Shown piece after piece: positions 38,395 to 51,412 of a stretch of DNA of 64,000 nucleotides (position 1 is its first letter; every line of letters begins with the position of its first letter). A program made the position numbers and the translations under genes. The DNA lies in NCBI RefSeq assembly GCF_006345805.1, contig NC_042997.1:89094001-89158000 (forward strand), read 5' to 3'. Below the pieces are notes generated by a model. That model searched no databases. It was not told the DNA's origin and was given only the letters and a program-made list of their open reading frames with translations. This stretch comes from Octopus sinensis (taxonomy: Eukaryota).

Positions 38395-38642
38395 ACACCA
38401 CCTTTTTTTTCATCAACCTAATACATTCACTGTGTACGTTCTTTTGACATTTGTTGTTTTATTTTTGTTCTCATTTATCATGATTTTGTTTTCATTATGT
38501 ATATTTATCCATCGCACCCTGTATATATATATATATATATATTGGTAAAACGGTAAGATAACAAAAGAAAGAAAGAGCCCTAATATTATGTAAATAGAGG
38601 AAATTTATCTATAAAATAATATGTTACATTACTCGATAGTTA

Positions 38643-38705
38643 AGATAAAACTCTGAGTTTCAGATGCCGAAGTGGGAATCCACAACGTCATCTCTTCGGT
38701 TATCT
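38643..38705 (-). ncRNA. Hammerhead motif, CCGAAGA core, GUU triplet
   Basis: AGAUAA-CCGAAGA-GAUG...CAUCU-GAAA-CUCAGAG-UU|UUAUCU; 6-bp stem I. Confidence 0.6.
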
Positions 38706-38721
38706 GGCTATTTGAAAACGC

Positions 38722-38790
<69 letters not shown>

Positions 38791-38835
38791 AAACAAGTCA
38801 AGATAGAAAATACTAAAATAATTTTATAAAGAACA

Positions 38836-38879
38836 TTTCAGTACCGGTTTCGGTCATTTTGAGACCTTTTCAACTGTAA
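38836..38879 (-). ncRNA. Minimal type-I hammerhead with compensated U3-A8 core (UUGAAAA)
   Basis: UUACAG-UUGAAAA-GGUC-UCAAAAU-GACC-GAAA-CCGG-UA|CUGAAA; perfect stem II and palindromic helix III ACCGGU. Confidence 0.75.
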
Positions 38880-39010
38880 CGATTAAATAATTCAATTTAG
38901 AAAAATTAAAAGAAAAGTTTTTTTAAAGGAATATTTGTATAGTGTTCAAATATAAGTGGCATTCTGCCTTTCCCTGTCTCCCTTGTTTGCACTTGTGTGT
39001 TCGAGGTCGT

Positions 39011-39046
<36 letters not shown>

Positions 39047-39084
39047 TGCGTGTGTGTCTGTGTGTGTGTGTGTGTGTATGTATA

Positions 39085-40024
39085 CAAGGTGCGATGGATA
39101 AATTGTCACCATTTTATATTTTTATAATTTCGCGCATGCGCATTGTTTGTTTTTGATTTTTGTCGACTACACAGTATAGTATGGTCAATTGGGCACTGCC
39201 TGTGAGAAAAACGCAATTCATTCTGTCAAATATTTGGAAACGACATGCTGTACTGCTTCGCTTCGCGCCGGAAGCTCCAATACGAACAGATAGGGAACAT
39301 ACAGAACAACTTTTGGCTTACCGTGTCCCCAAAACATGTACCGAGTGTGATAAAAAGCAAACATCCAATCAACATCATGGTGTTTGGAGTGATCACTAGT
39401 GATGGCGTCCCCAAAATATGTACCGAGAGTGATAAAAATCAAACATCCAATCAACATCATGGTGTTTGGAGTGATCATTAGTGATGGCGACGTTATGCCT
39501 CCATTCATCTTCCCACACAGCCTCAGAATCAACACGGAGGCCTACATCAAGTGCCTGGAGGAAGTAATGCTACCCTGGGTCGGTCAAGAGGGTGACTGCT
39601 GGAAGACCCTATGTTTGGCAACAGGACTCTACACGATGCCACACAAGCAGTAGAACCTAGTCATCGCTGTTAGACAATTTCTGCGACCACATCAATAAAA
39701 AATAGCCATCTAACTCCCCAGACTGCAACCCCCTTGATTATTAGGTCTGGGGCGTAGTTGAGTGAGAGAGCAACAAAACTCCTTGCAACACCAAAGATGA
39801 ACTGAAGGCAAGGATTATGGTAGCATTCACAGAAGAGTTGCAGAAGACTTCAAAGTCGTCTGGCGGCCATGATCGAAGCCAATGGCGATTTTATTGAATA
39901 AATTTACACTGTAATATTTCAAGCTATTTTTATGAAATTTTGGTAAATATATTTGTTAAAATGAGATGTCAGTGTTATTTTCATTTTTGCGTAATTTAGA
40001 TGACAATATATTCACCGTACCCTG
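39085..40024 (+). mobile_element. Internally deleted maT/DD37D-type element with an 82-bp internal tandem duplication
   Basis: TIRs caaggtgcgatggataaattgtca and tgacaatatattcaccgtaccctg. IMVFGVI.SDGDVMPPFIF, YVWQQDS, PSNSPDCNPLDY. Duplication 39325-39406 / 39407-39488. Solo right end at ~53340-53404. Confidence 0.85.
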
Positions 40025-40358
40025 CATATAAGAAAAAACATGAAGCGTGTTTTATTTTATACGCTATGCATGTTTCGAGGTTTCATAATTGAGTATGTCA
40101 TATTATAAATGCAATTTATAGAGAACATTTAACCATATCGAACATATCTTCAGACAGAGTGAAAATACGAATTACGTACATTCATGCATCTTATATAAAT
40201 ACCTGAGAGATACAAGGCGATCAGTGGGAAGTGGAAGTGAGGTGGGATGTGGATTTATCCATAACAGCAGATGTATATAGCGACATAGATAACGATTAAG
40301 TCACCAAACGCAATGTCGACACAAAGGTCAGCACCTAACACAACTATTTCCACAAATA

Positions 40359-40499
40359 TAAGGTTGTCCCAAAAGTTCGTAGAAAGTCTTGGAAAATAAT
40401 GGTCTTTATTTTGAGGAATAATTTTTGTTGTTTTTGTTAGTACTTGGCGAGTAAAAATTCAATTTTCGCAAGTGTTTACGAACTTTTGGGACAACCTAA
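40359..40499. mobile_element. Mariner-type MITE (141 bp)
   Basis: Perfect 21-bp TIR aggttgtcccaaaagttcgta (40361-40381 / 40477-40497); TA on both sides. Confidence 0.9.
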
Positions 40500-40734
40500 T
40501 ATATGAAGTGTGTGTGTGTGTAATTATGCATGTATTCATGTATGTATATATATATATATATATATATCATTTATCTTTTATCTTCTACTTGTTTCAGTCA
40601 TAAGACTGCGACCATGCTGGGGCACCGCCTTGAATTTTTTTGTCGAATTAACCGGCAACATTACTACTCTTTTGAGCCTCGTTTGCCGTGAGGATTGCGG
40701 AATGTAACTTTTCATCATTTTAGCTCTGCATCTA

Positions 40735-41205
40735 AGGGTGAAGAAACTAAAGCAAAAAACTGAATTTTAGGAATTGAGTTGGTGGAACGTGTGATCACCA
40801 AGCCAGAAGGGTTGAATGAAAGTGTGTGAAAACAAAGATACAACGGATATAAAACTTGGATTGATAAGTAAATACATTTCTCAACTAGTTACAAAACAGC
40901 GTTGTTAGGGCGAGAGCTTTAAATTATGACAATTGTGACAAGGAGAGAAACAGAAAGGTAGATAGACGCAATAAATCAAACAAACATAAATAAAAGTAAC
41001 TGTTGCAAAAGACAGGTTAACGAATCGCGGGAAAGTATGAAGGGATGGCGGTATACGGGCTGAAGCAAAGCAGCAGATTTAGGGAAAGGAAACTTCATAT
41101 GCAAACAAATTACACCGATGCACAGTTATACACACGTATAGACACTTACATATATATATGCATATATACATCTAGATATTCGAAATTCGCGTTCCTGATC
41201 ATCAG

Positions 41206-41244
<39 letters not shown>

Positions 41245-41256
41245 TGTGTGTGTGTG

Positions 41257-41314
<58 letters not shown>

Positions 41315-41795
41315 CGTGTGTGCGCGTGAGTGTGTGTGTGCATGTATGTATTATGTCTATACGTGTGTGCGTGCGTATATAACTATGTATCGGTGTAATT
41401 TGCATATGAAGTTCCCTTTCCATAAGTCTGCTACATATGAAGTTCCCCTTCCCCTAAATATGCGTCTTTGCTTCAGCTCATATACCGCCATCCCTTCACA
41501 CTTTCCCACGTTTCGTTAACCTGTCTTTCGTAATAGTGACTCTATTTATGGTTGATTTATTGCGCCCATCTACCTTTCTGTTCCTCTCCTTGTCATAATT
41601 ATCATAATTTAAAGCTCTCACCTTAACAACTCTGATTTGTAACTAGTTGAGAAACGTATTTACCTATCAATCCAAGTTTTATATCCACTGTGTCTTTGTT
41701 TTCACACACTTTCATTCAACCCTTCTGGCTTGCTGATCACCCGTTTCACCAACTCAATTCCTAGAATTCAGTTTTTGTTTTAGTTTTTTCACCCT
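40735..41795. repeat. Foldback: ~410-450-bp inverted arms around a (TG)n core
   Basis: 40735-41152 is the reverse complement of 41343-41795 with scattered mismatches. Confidence 0.92.
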
Positions 41796-42067
41796 CTCGG
41801 CAAATAAATTATTCTTCACTTTATTTTGTCTGATTATTTCTTGCCACAGACCAACACTAGTTTCCTCGGATTACAGGTTTTTTTTGTTTGTTTTTTTTTT
41901 TTTTTTTTGGCTATTTTGATATATGAGATTAATGAAGCTATATTTTATTGATGAATTCAAAAATATTTTCTACAGAACAAAGGACTAAAAATATTGGCCA
42001 ATCACCAGTGTATATACATGCATACATACAAACATACATACATACGTATGTACTGACATAAGCACAT

Positions 42068-42101
<34 letters not shown>

Positions 42102-42254
42102 GTATATATATATATAACCACATGCAAAAAGGTCACAGTATTCCAGTATACATCCGAGAATAAACGTCGCTTCTTTAAAAAATTCAGAAACGACAAAAAA
42201 ATTTTGAAATGCATTTAAACTCTAAGCTTGCGGAAATAGAGAAATGCAACGAAC

Positions 42255-42730
42255 CTGTTGTGGCATAATATTCGTGACAGCATCAAATCATCTGCTGAAG
42301 TAGCTCTAGGATTCGTGAAACGCAAGCACTTAGATTGGTTCAACAAGAACGATTCTCAAATTAAAACTCTCCTAGAAACTTTGCACAAGAGAAACAAGGC
42401 ATGGATCTCAGCCAAAAACTCACCAACACTCAGATCCCTATTCATCTCTAGAAAAACTACACAAAAAAACTGCGTGAGATGAAAATTTCTTGGTGGGCAA
42501 AAAAAAACCGAGAATTGGAACCAGCTTTTAACTCTCACAACTTGAGAGCACTATATGACAATATGAAGGGTGTATTTGGTCCAAGAAAGGGTGCTACAGA
42601 ACCCATTCTCTCTAACGACGGAATAAAACTCTTAGATAGCAAAGATGAAATTCTGAAAAGATTGGTGGAACACTTTAAATCTGCATTAAATCAAGAATTC
42701 ACTAACGATCCTGTAGTAATCAACGAATAT
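42255..42730 (+). mobile_element. RTE-clade ORF2 fragment (endonuclease-RT linker)
   Basis: LGFVKRKHLDWF...LREMK.SWW...FNSHNLRALYDNMKGVFGP...ILKRLVEHF. Confidence 0.85.
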
Positions 42731-42758
42731 ACATATATCTGTACATGTTCGTATGTGC

Positions 42759-42790
<32 letters not shown>

Positions 42791-42948
42791 CTTTATTTTA
42801 AGCAGCAGAAAATTCAACAAAATCTGTTACTCTGAGTTTCTCGTTGCCGTTCATCAGACAGTTTTTGCTAGCAAAAACTGTCTGATGAACGGCAACGAGA
42901 AACTCAGAGTAACAGATTTTGTTGAATTTTCTGCTGCTTAAAATAAAG
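42791..42948. ncRNA. Perfect 158-bp palindrome encoding a hammerhead ribozyme on each strand (42878-42915 +, 42824-42861 -)
   Basis: 79-bp arms centred on gct|agc. CUGU-CUGAUGA-ACG-GCAA-CGA-GAAA-CUCAGAG-UA|ACAG. Confidence 0.9.
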
Positions 42949-43029
42949 CATATTACTCTACCACTGGTATTTGAGTACTCTTTTTTCCACCTTGTTTCAC
43001 ATTTATGTGTTTACTCCGGTATATATATA

Positions 43030-43300
43030 TATATAAAGATAAAAGAAAAGCTACAACCCTCTCTAGTTATGTATGGGAATTGAAAGATAACCATACCAAT
43101 AATTTTAAATATTAAATGGTGCTGATAATAGAATGTCAAACACGAACTTTTTCCCACCACTGCTAACTCTGCATCGCAGAAAAATCTCATATCGTAACAA
43201 ATTCATCTACTTAAGCCAATTTCTAAAATAAGAGTTCAGAATTTTGCTGTAAGTGCAGCCATGAAAACAAATTTTATTTAGTAAATTATAACAGAGTATA
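43030..43300 (+). mobile_element. Penelope GIY-YIG C-terminal fragment
   Basis: KRKATTLSSYVWELKDN...C*LCIAEKSHI...CCKCSHENKF, homologous to the C-terminus of the 8930 ORF. Confidence 0.8.
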
Positions 43301-43764
43301 ACAGTGGAATTTTAGACCATAGTGGGTTGTTAAAATATGCAGTTCTTGGATGCTGAATTTGAGATTTCTTGGATCGTAGAGATTTTCCTTCTAAATACTA
43401 TTTGATATTAACCGTCATACTTCCAATTTAACGATATCATTCGCATTTGATATTTTGCTTCATCGACATATCATTGGACTCCAGCTAGAAATCTAACTGA
43501 AAATTGACCATACAGTACAGTCGATCACCGAATTGCTGGTGATATAGCCATAGCATTTGAACTATTTCTTTAGTGAGTCATCATCTGAGTATTGTCTATG
43601 TTGGCATGAAACTCAATGTAATTGGAGTAGTTGAGAGTTTCAATAATTATAATATGTGTGTGAATGTGTGTATACATATATACATTCTTTAATACGCATT
43701 CATTTATGAACGTCTACATCCAGACCTCACGCACAAATACTATATATGTATATATATATATATA

Positions 43765-43831
<67 letters not shown>

Positions 43832-43875
43832 CATATATATATATAATATATATATATATATTTACATATATATAT

Positions 43876-43984
<109 letters not shown>

Positions 43985-44379
43985 GTATATATATATACAT
44001 ATATATATATACATATATACATATATGTATGTATGTATGTCATCAGAATCCATTTTAAAGTCATTATGTTTCGAAAGCTAAAAATAGATAAATATCTTTT
44101 TATTAATAATATCAATTTGCTGAAGATTCTTGCGTTCTTTGTTTCTCTCTCCCTTCTCACTATCCCTCTCTCTCACTGTATTTCTTTCTGCCTTCTCACT
44201 CTCTCTCTTTCTCTCCCCCTCTCTATCTCTTGTATCTATCTATCTATCTCTTACTCTCTATCTATCTTTTCTTTTTCTCTTGGCTTCTAATCAATAATAT
44301 GAATATAAAAGAAATATGCAAATATAAAACAAGCCAGGAACGAAGTATATGTTTTATCATCCGGACCACCTATGGAAAT

Positions 44380-45166
44380 GAGCTCTTAGCGCTTGTTTTT
44401 GCTGCTGCTACTCCCGCTTATGTAGCTTGTTGCTGCTGTTTCTGTTACTATTGCCAGCGTTGTTTTTATTTTATTGTTGTCCTGCTACTGATGTTGTTGT
44501 TGTTGTTGTTGTTGTTGCTGCTGCTGCTGCTACATTGGCAACTTTTGTCATCGTTACGACTGCTGTCTTTATTGTTCTTTCTGGAGAGGGTTTTGTTTTT
44601 ACCTTTGTTCTGTTACTGCTTCTATGATTGATGATGTTTTTTTTTTCTCCGTTGTTGTAATCCTGATGTTGTTGTTGTTGCTGCTACTGCTGCTACTGCT
44701 GCTGTGGCTGTGGATTTCTCTAGTGTTTCTAATATTGCTGCTACTGTTGTTGTTCTTGTTCTTACTATTTTTCCTGTTTTTCTGTTGTTCCTTCACTACT
44801 GGTGCCGTTACTGCTACTGCGTTGTCTTCGTAGTTGTTGTTGTTGCTGCTACTGCCGCTACTGCTGCTCTTACTGCTGTTTTGGCTACTGTTGTTGTTGT
44901 TTAGCCCCAGGTCAGCCTTCATTCAAGCAGACCTATCTATTATCAAAAATGTTCAAGCCGTGACCATCTCGTCTTACTTTTTCAGTGTTGCTGTTACTGT
45001 TATTGGTGATACTAGTGGTAGTGGTGGTGGTGGTAGTGGTGGTGGTGGTAGTGCTGTTGTTGTTGTTGTGTTGCTGCTTGCTATTGCTGCGCGCTGCTGG
45101 TGTTATTTTAGGTAAAAGTATTTTAATAATTTCTATAATCGATTCGAAAATGAAAAAAATGCCTCA

Positions 45167-45229
<63 letters not shown>

Positions 45230-45354
45230 CGACGATTACGATGAAGATGACGGTGGTGGTGGTGGTGGTGGTGATAATGCTTGAAGTCATATAACTGGAT
45301 GCGTACCGAGTACTTATCCAGCCAACACATGAAACCGTGCTAAAGGACGAAAGA

Positions 45355-45388
<34 letters not shown>

Positions 45389-45517
45389 TAATAATAATAA
45401 TAATAATAATAATTGCGTGTGTAATCTGGGAATGCATACAATGAGCTTCTCTTCCCTAGGTGTATGGAAAACACTCGGCAAGAAACGGAAGAAAATTTGA
45501 AGAAAGAAGGAAAAAAC

Positions 45518-45604
<87 letters not shown>

Positions 45605-45605
45605 T
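44380..45605. repeat. Compound trinucleotide low-complexity tract (GTT/GCT/ACT/GGT/AAT/GAT)
   Basis: Direct; homopolymer-rich ORFs in all frames. Confidence 0.95.
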
Positions 45606-46024
45606 TTTCTTTATTAACCACAAGGGTTAACAAAACGATCGGGGATCTTACGGGGTGATATAGCGTGGGATTACAAAGAAAATGTGTAAACAACTGAATT
45701 TTTTTTTAAAGATTAAAAAAATAAAAATTCAAGCAAAAGAACAACCTCTTTCACCAAAACCATCAGACAGATATATGTAAAGTAAAAAATAATATTAATA
45801 ATTCAACCATTGTTTTTTAAACTTTACATATATCATTTTAAAATACCACTTCGTTTTTTCACACCTGTTTCGGCTTTCGTTCCCATTTCAGTTTACTTTC
45901 ATTTCACGTCTGCGATAGTGATATATACCGCACGCTAAAGTAGCGCATATGTTAGATTCTTTTTTTAATATTTTTTTTAATATTTTCACAACTGAATACT
46001 AGACTTTCAAATTTTAAACCAAAG

Positions 46025-47650
46025 ATAGACAAGAAAGGTGATTTCTGTGGAAGTAAAACTTAAAATATTACATCTGCTTCAAACTGGAAAGGGTTCAACA
46101 GAAAATGCTAAACAGTTCAGACGAAGTAGCTGTTAGAACAATTAAAAAGAAAAACAGGTAAAGTAAGAACCAATATAGTCGCAGGATCTTCAATATGTTC
46201 AAAATATACATCATAAACATGTAGTCACGTTATGAAAACAATTGGAAAAGCTCTCATATTTGGAATAAAATATATAACCTCCAAAGGATTACTTACAGTC
46301 AGTTTTGCTTTACGATATAAATCACTGAGTTTTTTTTTAATCAACATGACAATTTGAACATCTAATCAACTTCTGTATTTTTTATTCCAAACTTCCAAAA
46401 CAATATCAAATTACTTAAGCTGTAAGAAAACTACGGAAAGATTTGTGCTACAATTAGCTAACATAATTTGAGGAGGTCCCTATTCTTTAAAAGATACAGT
46501 TAATTTTTATGCAATATACTACAAAGTATTAACTTATAAAGCATTTAATATACTTTGTAGTATATTATGGTTACATAACGAAATAAAGTCTCCCTGCAAG
46601 GCATTAATAGTTAATTCTAATGAAACTGATCTATCGCTAGAAGAAAGTTTATTGGGGGAACTTTTATGTCAAGAATAGAATAAAACGGTTTGTGGATTCC
46701 AAGCATCTAAAAATCAAATCATAATATTATTATCATGCCGTAATGCATTAGGTGAATGCTTCGTCAAACCATTGTAAATTAATAAGGTTCTTAATCCATT
46801 TACAATGAGAGGATTGAATAGAAATATCTTCCCAGGTCGTAGGCATGCAAATAAGGATTGTGGATGATTGCTGCAATATTCGAAAATTGTTTTTTCTCAA
46901 AACTTTGTCTCAAAGCTGAAATTTTACGAAAGAAAATAATTTTGATTTCAAATATTTTCAATACATTATCACAACCCTAGGATTTAACACATCCTAACGT
47001 TAAAGTCGTTTTCTTACCACCCACTTCAACATCGATTATTCAATTCTGAGATCAAAGCATGACTTTAATTTGAAGACCAATTACGATATTTCTCTTTAAA
47101 AAATGTTATAGAAGAAAACCACATTCCTGCTTCAGATGTAAGGGAAAGAAATTTAATATTTTTCATTGTGTGTAAATAATTGTAAAATAATTGTAAAAGT
47201 AATTCGTGAAACTAAAAAGAATACATTAAATGAAAGTTGGGAGACTGTTTTGCCAGAAAAAGTTCTGATTGATGGTGATGTCATCTAAGCAAAGGTATAA
47301 TTGATACCACCTGTTCAATAAGAGGTAAAAAAAATTAGATAATTTAGTTCTTAAAGAATTTGAGGCATTGTTTTTGGAACAAGGACTGAATGAAGATTTC
47401 GTTTACGTGGCCACCATAATACGAAATGACGAAAGCAAGCTGGACTCAATGATTACTGCAATAATTGTAAAAGATAGACTACAAATGGCAAGAAATCTGG
47501 AAACTGATTTCAGTAAGAATGATCCTAATTTGAAATGAATGAAATTTGAAATTTGAAAGGGAAATAAAGCACTGTAAGGACGGCTAGTTATTTTGAACAC
47601 AAGCATAAAAAGATGCAAGAGATAGTAGATATGGTGCTCGGGATTTTCAA
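46025..47650 (+). mobile_element. Degenerate Tigger/pogo transposase (HTH plus DDE_1)
   Basis: RKVISVEVKLKIL; NETDL (DETGL-like); GFQASKNQI..LSC.NALGECFVKPL; HPNVKVVFLPPTSTSIIQF*DQ. Many stops. Right boundary uncertain. Confidence 0.75.
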
Positions 47651-50596
47651 CCAACGAAAGCAAAGACAACTCTTTCTATGTCTTCGAATGAAAAACATAG
47701 ACAGTAAGATAAGCGCTGCATGCAAAGACCATACCCTAAAAATTTCAGCATGATTTACACTTTTAGTGATTTCAGTTACTTGACTGCGGTCATACTGTTT
47801 TATTGCTTTCAAAGGTTTTAGTCAATCACATTGACCTCTGTTGGTCAACTGCTATGCTGAAAAGAAGGATATAGTACAAGACTGATTTGGTTTCGATTTC
47901 GTTCCAAGATTTAAGGTTTCACCGATTCTTTATGGTCTCTTCCTTCGGGAATCAGTAGAAGTTTACGAAGTCCAGAAGCTTCTCTTCCTCTGAAAACAGA
48001 ATAAAACTGTTGAGTTTTCTCTGATTTTCAGATTCTGAATCTATAGCGATTTGTTGTCTACTTTTTTTAGCAGATACGTACGCATGATTACAAATGTACA
48101 CCTGCAACTACTTTATATTATTGAAGATACAAAATCTAAAATTTTATAAATTGAGTGCCCGCTATTTTATGGGTTTAAAATGAAAACAAACTTTTACAAT
48201 GAACGAATTTACTTATATATAAAGTCATGGAATTTTTTGTTACAAAATAATGTCATGCAATGAGAATAAACAAAAAGTATATTTATGCTAGAAAAAAATA
48301 ATGATATTGATTTTATTTGAATGCTTAACTTTATAAAAACTGTAAAACTTTTATATAAAAACTGTAACACTTTTACATAAAACTTTTACATAAAATAACA
48401 ATGTTAAAACAAATCATCTACTTTATTTACACTATCAATATCAATATATTATTTAAGACTTAAGGCTGCGAGCTGTCAGAATAGTTATCGCACCGAGCAA
48501 AATAGTTAGTGACATTTCACCCGTCTTTACGTTCTCAGCTCAAATTCCACCGATGTCATCTTTGCTTTTCAACCTCTCGGGGTCGATAAAATAAGTACCA
48601 GTTGAACACTGGGGTCAATATAATCGACTTATCCCCACCTTCTTGTACCAAAATTTGTCAATATATTATTTTAAAATATTCTGGGACCCTATAAAAGAAA
48701 CTTTCTAATCCTCGTATTTTTTGTCTTCCTAAGCAATTCCTGCTCTTCATAAAAATTTGTCTCTGTACAAACTTTATGTGAAACCCTCAAAAATATTTCT
48801 GCTCCAACTAAAAGCTAAGTTTTTTCACCCACCACCCCCTAAAAATTATCTACTCCTACTAAAAAGTATAAGTATCTCCTAAAAATTCTATACTCATTTA
48901 GAATTTTCTGTCTCTCCAGAAAAATAAAATATATAAAAAAACAACACAGTTCATAATATCAGAAAAATATCAAAGGCGTTTGTTTCTCTTTATTTTTTCC
49001 TAGTTGATTCCGAATCTGGCCTTAGTTTTTTCTTTGGGATGATCTATTCATGAGAGTTTGAGTGGATACGTACGAACGCATAATTAATGACATACACACG
49101 CGAATACTTTGTATATTATGTTTGTTTTTATGATATAATAAAATGATTTTGCAATAAACTGAAGGACTACTCAATACATTTGGTTAGAGACTAAGTTATT
49201 ACTGGTGGTGGTGGTGGTGGTGATTGGATAGTGAAAAATGTATTTTTTTTTAAATTGAACCAAGTTTTTTATATCACCTATCACTTCACGCGTGCGCTTA
49301 AGTGCAATTCTGTAAAATAATCAAGCTTATTTACGTGGCAGGTATATGTAATTTAACTAAAGGTTGTATCATATGTACAGAATACTTCTTTTTAGTTTGT
49401 GGAGAAAATGGAAAAATAAGAGTGAATATTTACTTTATGAGTGTTGTGTATTAAGTCTATAAAATTGTGTATAAAGTATATTGTGTGTATATATAAAATG
49501 CATTAGGTAATCATCGTATTCCAATTTCTTTCACTTTTCAATGAGTAGCAGATGAGCGACTATCTTTCCATACAAACACAATACAGGCTACGCTTTTAAG
49601 TTCTTTGAATAAATTTTTCAGAAATAACCCAATAAGTTTACCATTAATTCTGTTAAATATTCACAGGTCCCGCTAGCTTTTATAATTATGATGATGGTTT
49701 GACAGAATCAATAGAGCGTCAAATAAAAAAACCTTGAGGTATTTAGTTTCTTTTCTTTATGTTCTAAGTTCAAATCACTCTGAAGTCGACTTTTCATCGT
49801 TCCAAGGTTGATACAATAAGAATCAGCCAAGACGTGGGTACGTCTATGGTATTGTGTCTACATCGTTTATTGCGTACTCATTATTACTTCTTAATAGTTA
49901 AATTTTCAATACAAACATTTGTTCTTCTTTGTTTCGTTCTTTTACTTTTCAATTTTTTTCGTTTTTATTCTTACTTATACGTAATGTTTGTTCAGTCTCT
50001 ACGTGTTTCACTTTGTTCAAAAATACTTGCTGTTCAATCCTTTGTTTGATTTTAAATTAATTATTAATGTTAATTTGATATTATTAATGTTAATTTGATA
50101 TTAATTATTAATGTTAATTTAGTATTAAACATTATACTTCGGTTTACACCAATTTGGGATCGTGGAAAATTAACACGCCCACATACGAAGCTGAACCATG
50201 TTCCTCTCTCTATCTCTCTCTTTCTCTCTCTCTATCCCTCTTTCTTCCTTTCTTCTCTCCTGTTCTCAAGTAAAAAAACAATAGATACACGCCACTAGGT
50301 TTGCATTGACTTCTCTCTCAAATTAGGTATAAATTTCTATCAATGTTTTCCTAAACTTTTATCTTTACAACGTTTTCGTCTGCTTTTATATTCATTTCGT
50401 CGGTATCATATTCATGCACTCTAAGTAGATTCTTGCCGACGCAGACGATTTATATGTAGTCAGCTTTCTCGTCTTCTGGTGATTATTTTTCGAATATTAC
50501 TACTTATCGTTTGCTTTAGCTAAACGAAGCGGATCAGTCATTACGAGCTGATCAACTAGAACTAAAAAATGTCTCGAAATATTTCTTTTGTTTCAG

Positions 50597-50633
50597 ACTG
50601 GATTGTCTCATATAATGAGTGCTTAGAAGACAG
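50597..50633 (+). other. Possible 37-nt exon ((D)WIVSYNECLED)
   Basis: Strong acceptor atttcttttgtttcag, weak donor AG|gtttga; unsupported otherwise. Confidence 0.15.
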
Positions 50634-51324
50634 GTTTGAACAGAAAAATATTTTTTTTTTATTTGCTTGCTTTTCACACTTTTTTCTGAACTTCATATCC
50701 TGATTAGGAGTCTAGATAAACAATATCTTTCGTTGGCAGTGACTTGATAGTTTAAGAGTGGCGGAATAACTTACTTCCGCTATTTTACTTCCGCTAGAAA
50801 TAGTTCTCGGCAGCAACTATTGATAGTTTTTTTTATTTTTTTGTAAAGTTTTTTTTTTCGGAGAACAAGTTGAAAAAAAAAGAGTATAATGAATAAATTG
50901 ATGGTACTAATGCGCAATTCAAAAGAAGTTTTTTATCCTCATTATCTTCATGCGCTTTACATCACATTTTTGTAAATTTGTTGTATTTTTCTCAACATGC
51001 CTGAATTCTCTTCCTCCTTCTTGAAGGTTATTTTTTTCCATTTATATATTTATTCATTTTTCTTCATTTATTTAATTTTTCCCTCCACATTTTTTCATTC
51101 TTAGACATTTTGTTGTTATTTATTATATTTTATTCTAATTTATTTCATGCTTATTCCATTCCATTTTGTTATATATGTGTGTGTATATATACGTGCTTGC
51201 GTGTGTGTATGTATATGTATATATATATATACATATATACACACATATATACATATGTACTTATATATATATATATATGTATGTATTTATATATATTTGT
51301 ATATATATACATATATATATATAC

Positions 51325-51412
<88 letters not shown>

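Noticed and set aside
50340-50449. Minus-strand peptide IVCVGKN resembling the FAHD1 N-terminal motif
   Set aside because: Preceded by an in-frame stop, and the following residues do not match the family.
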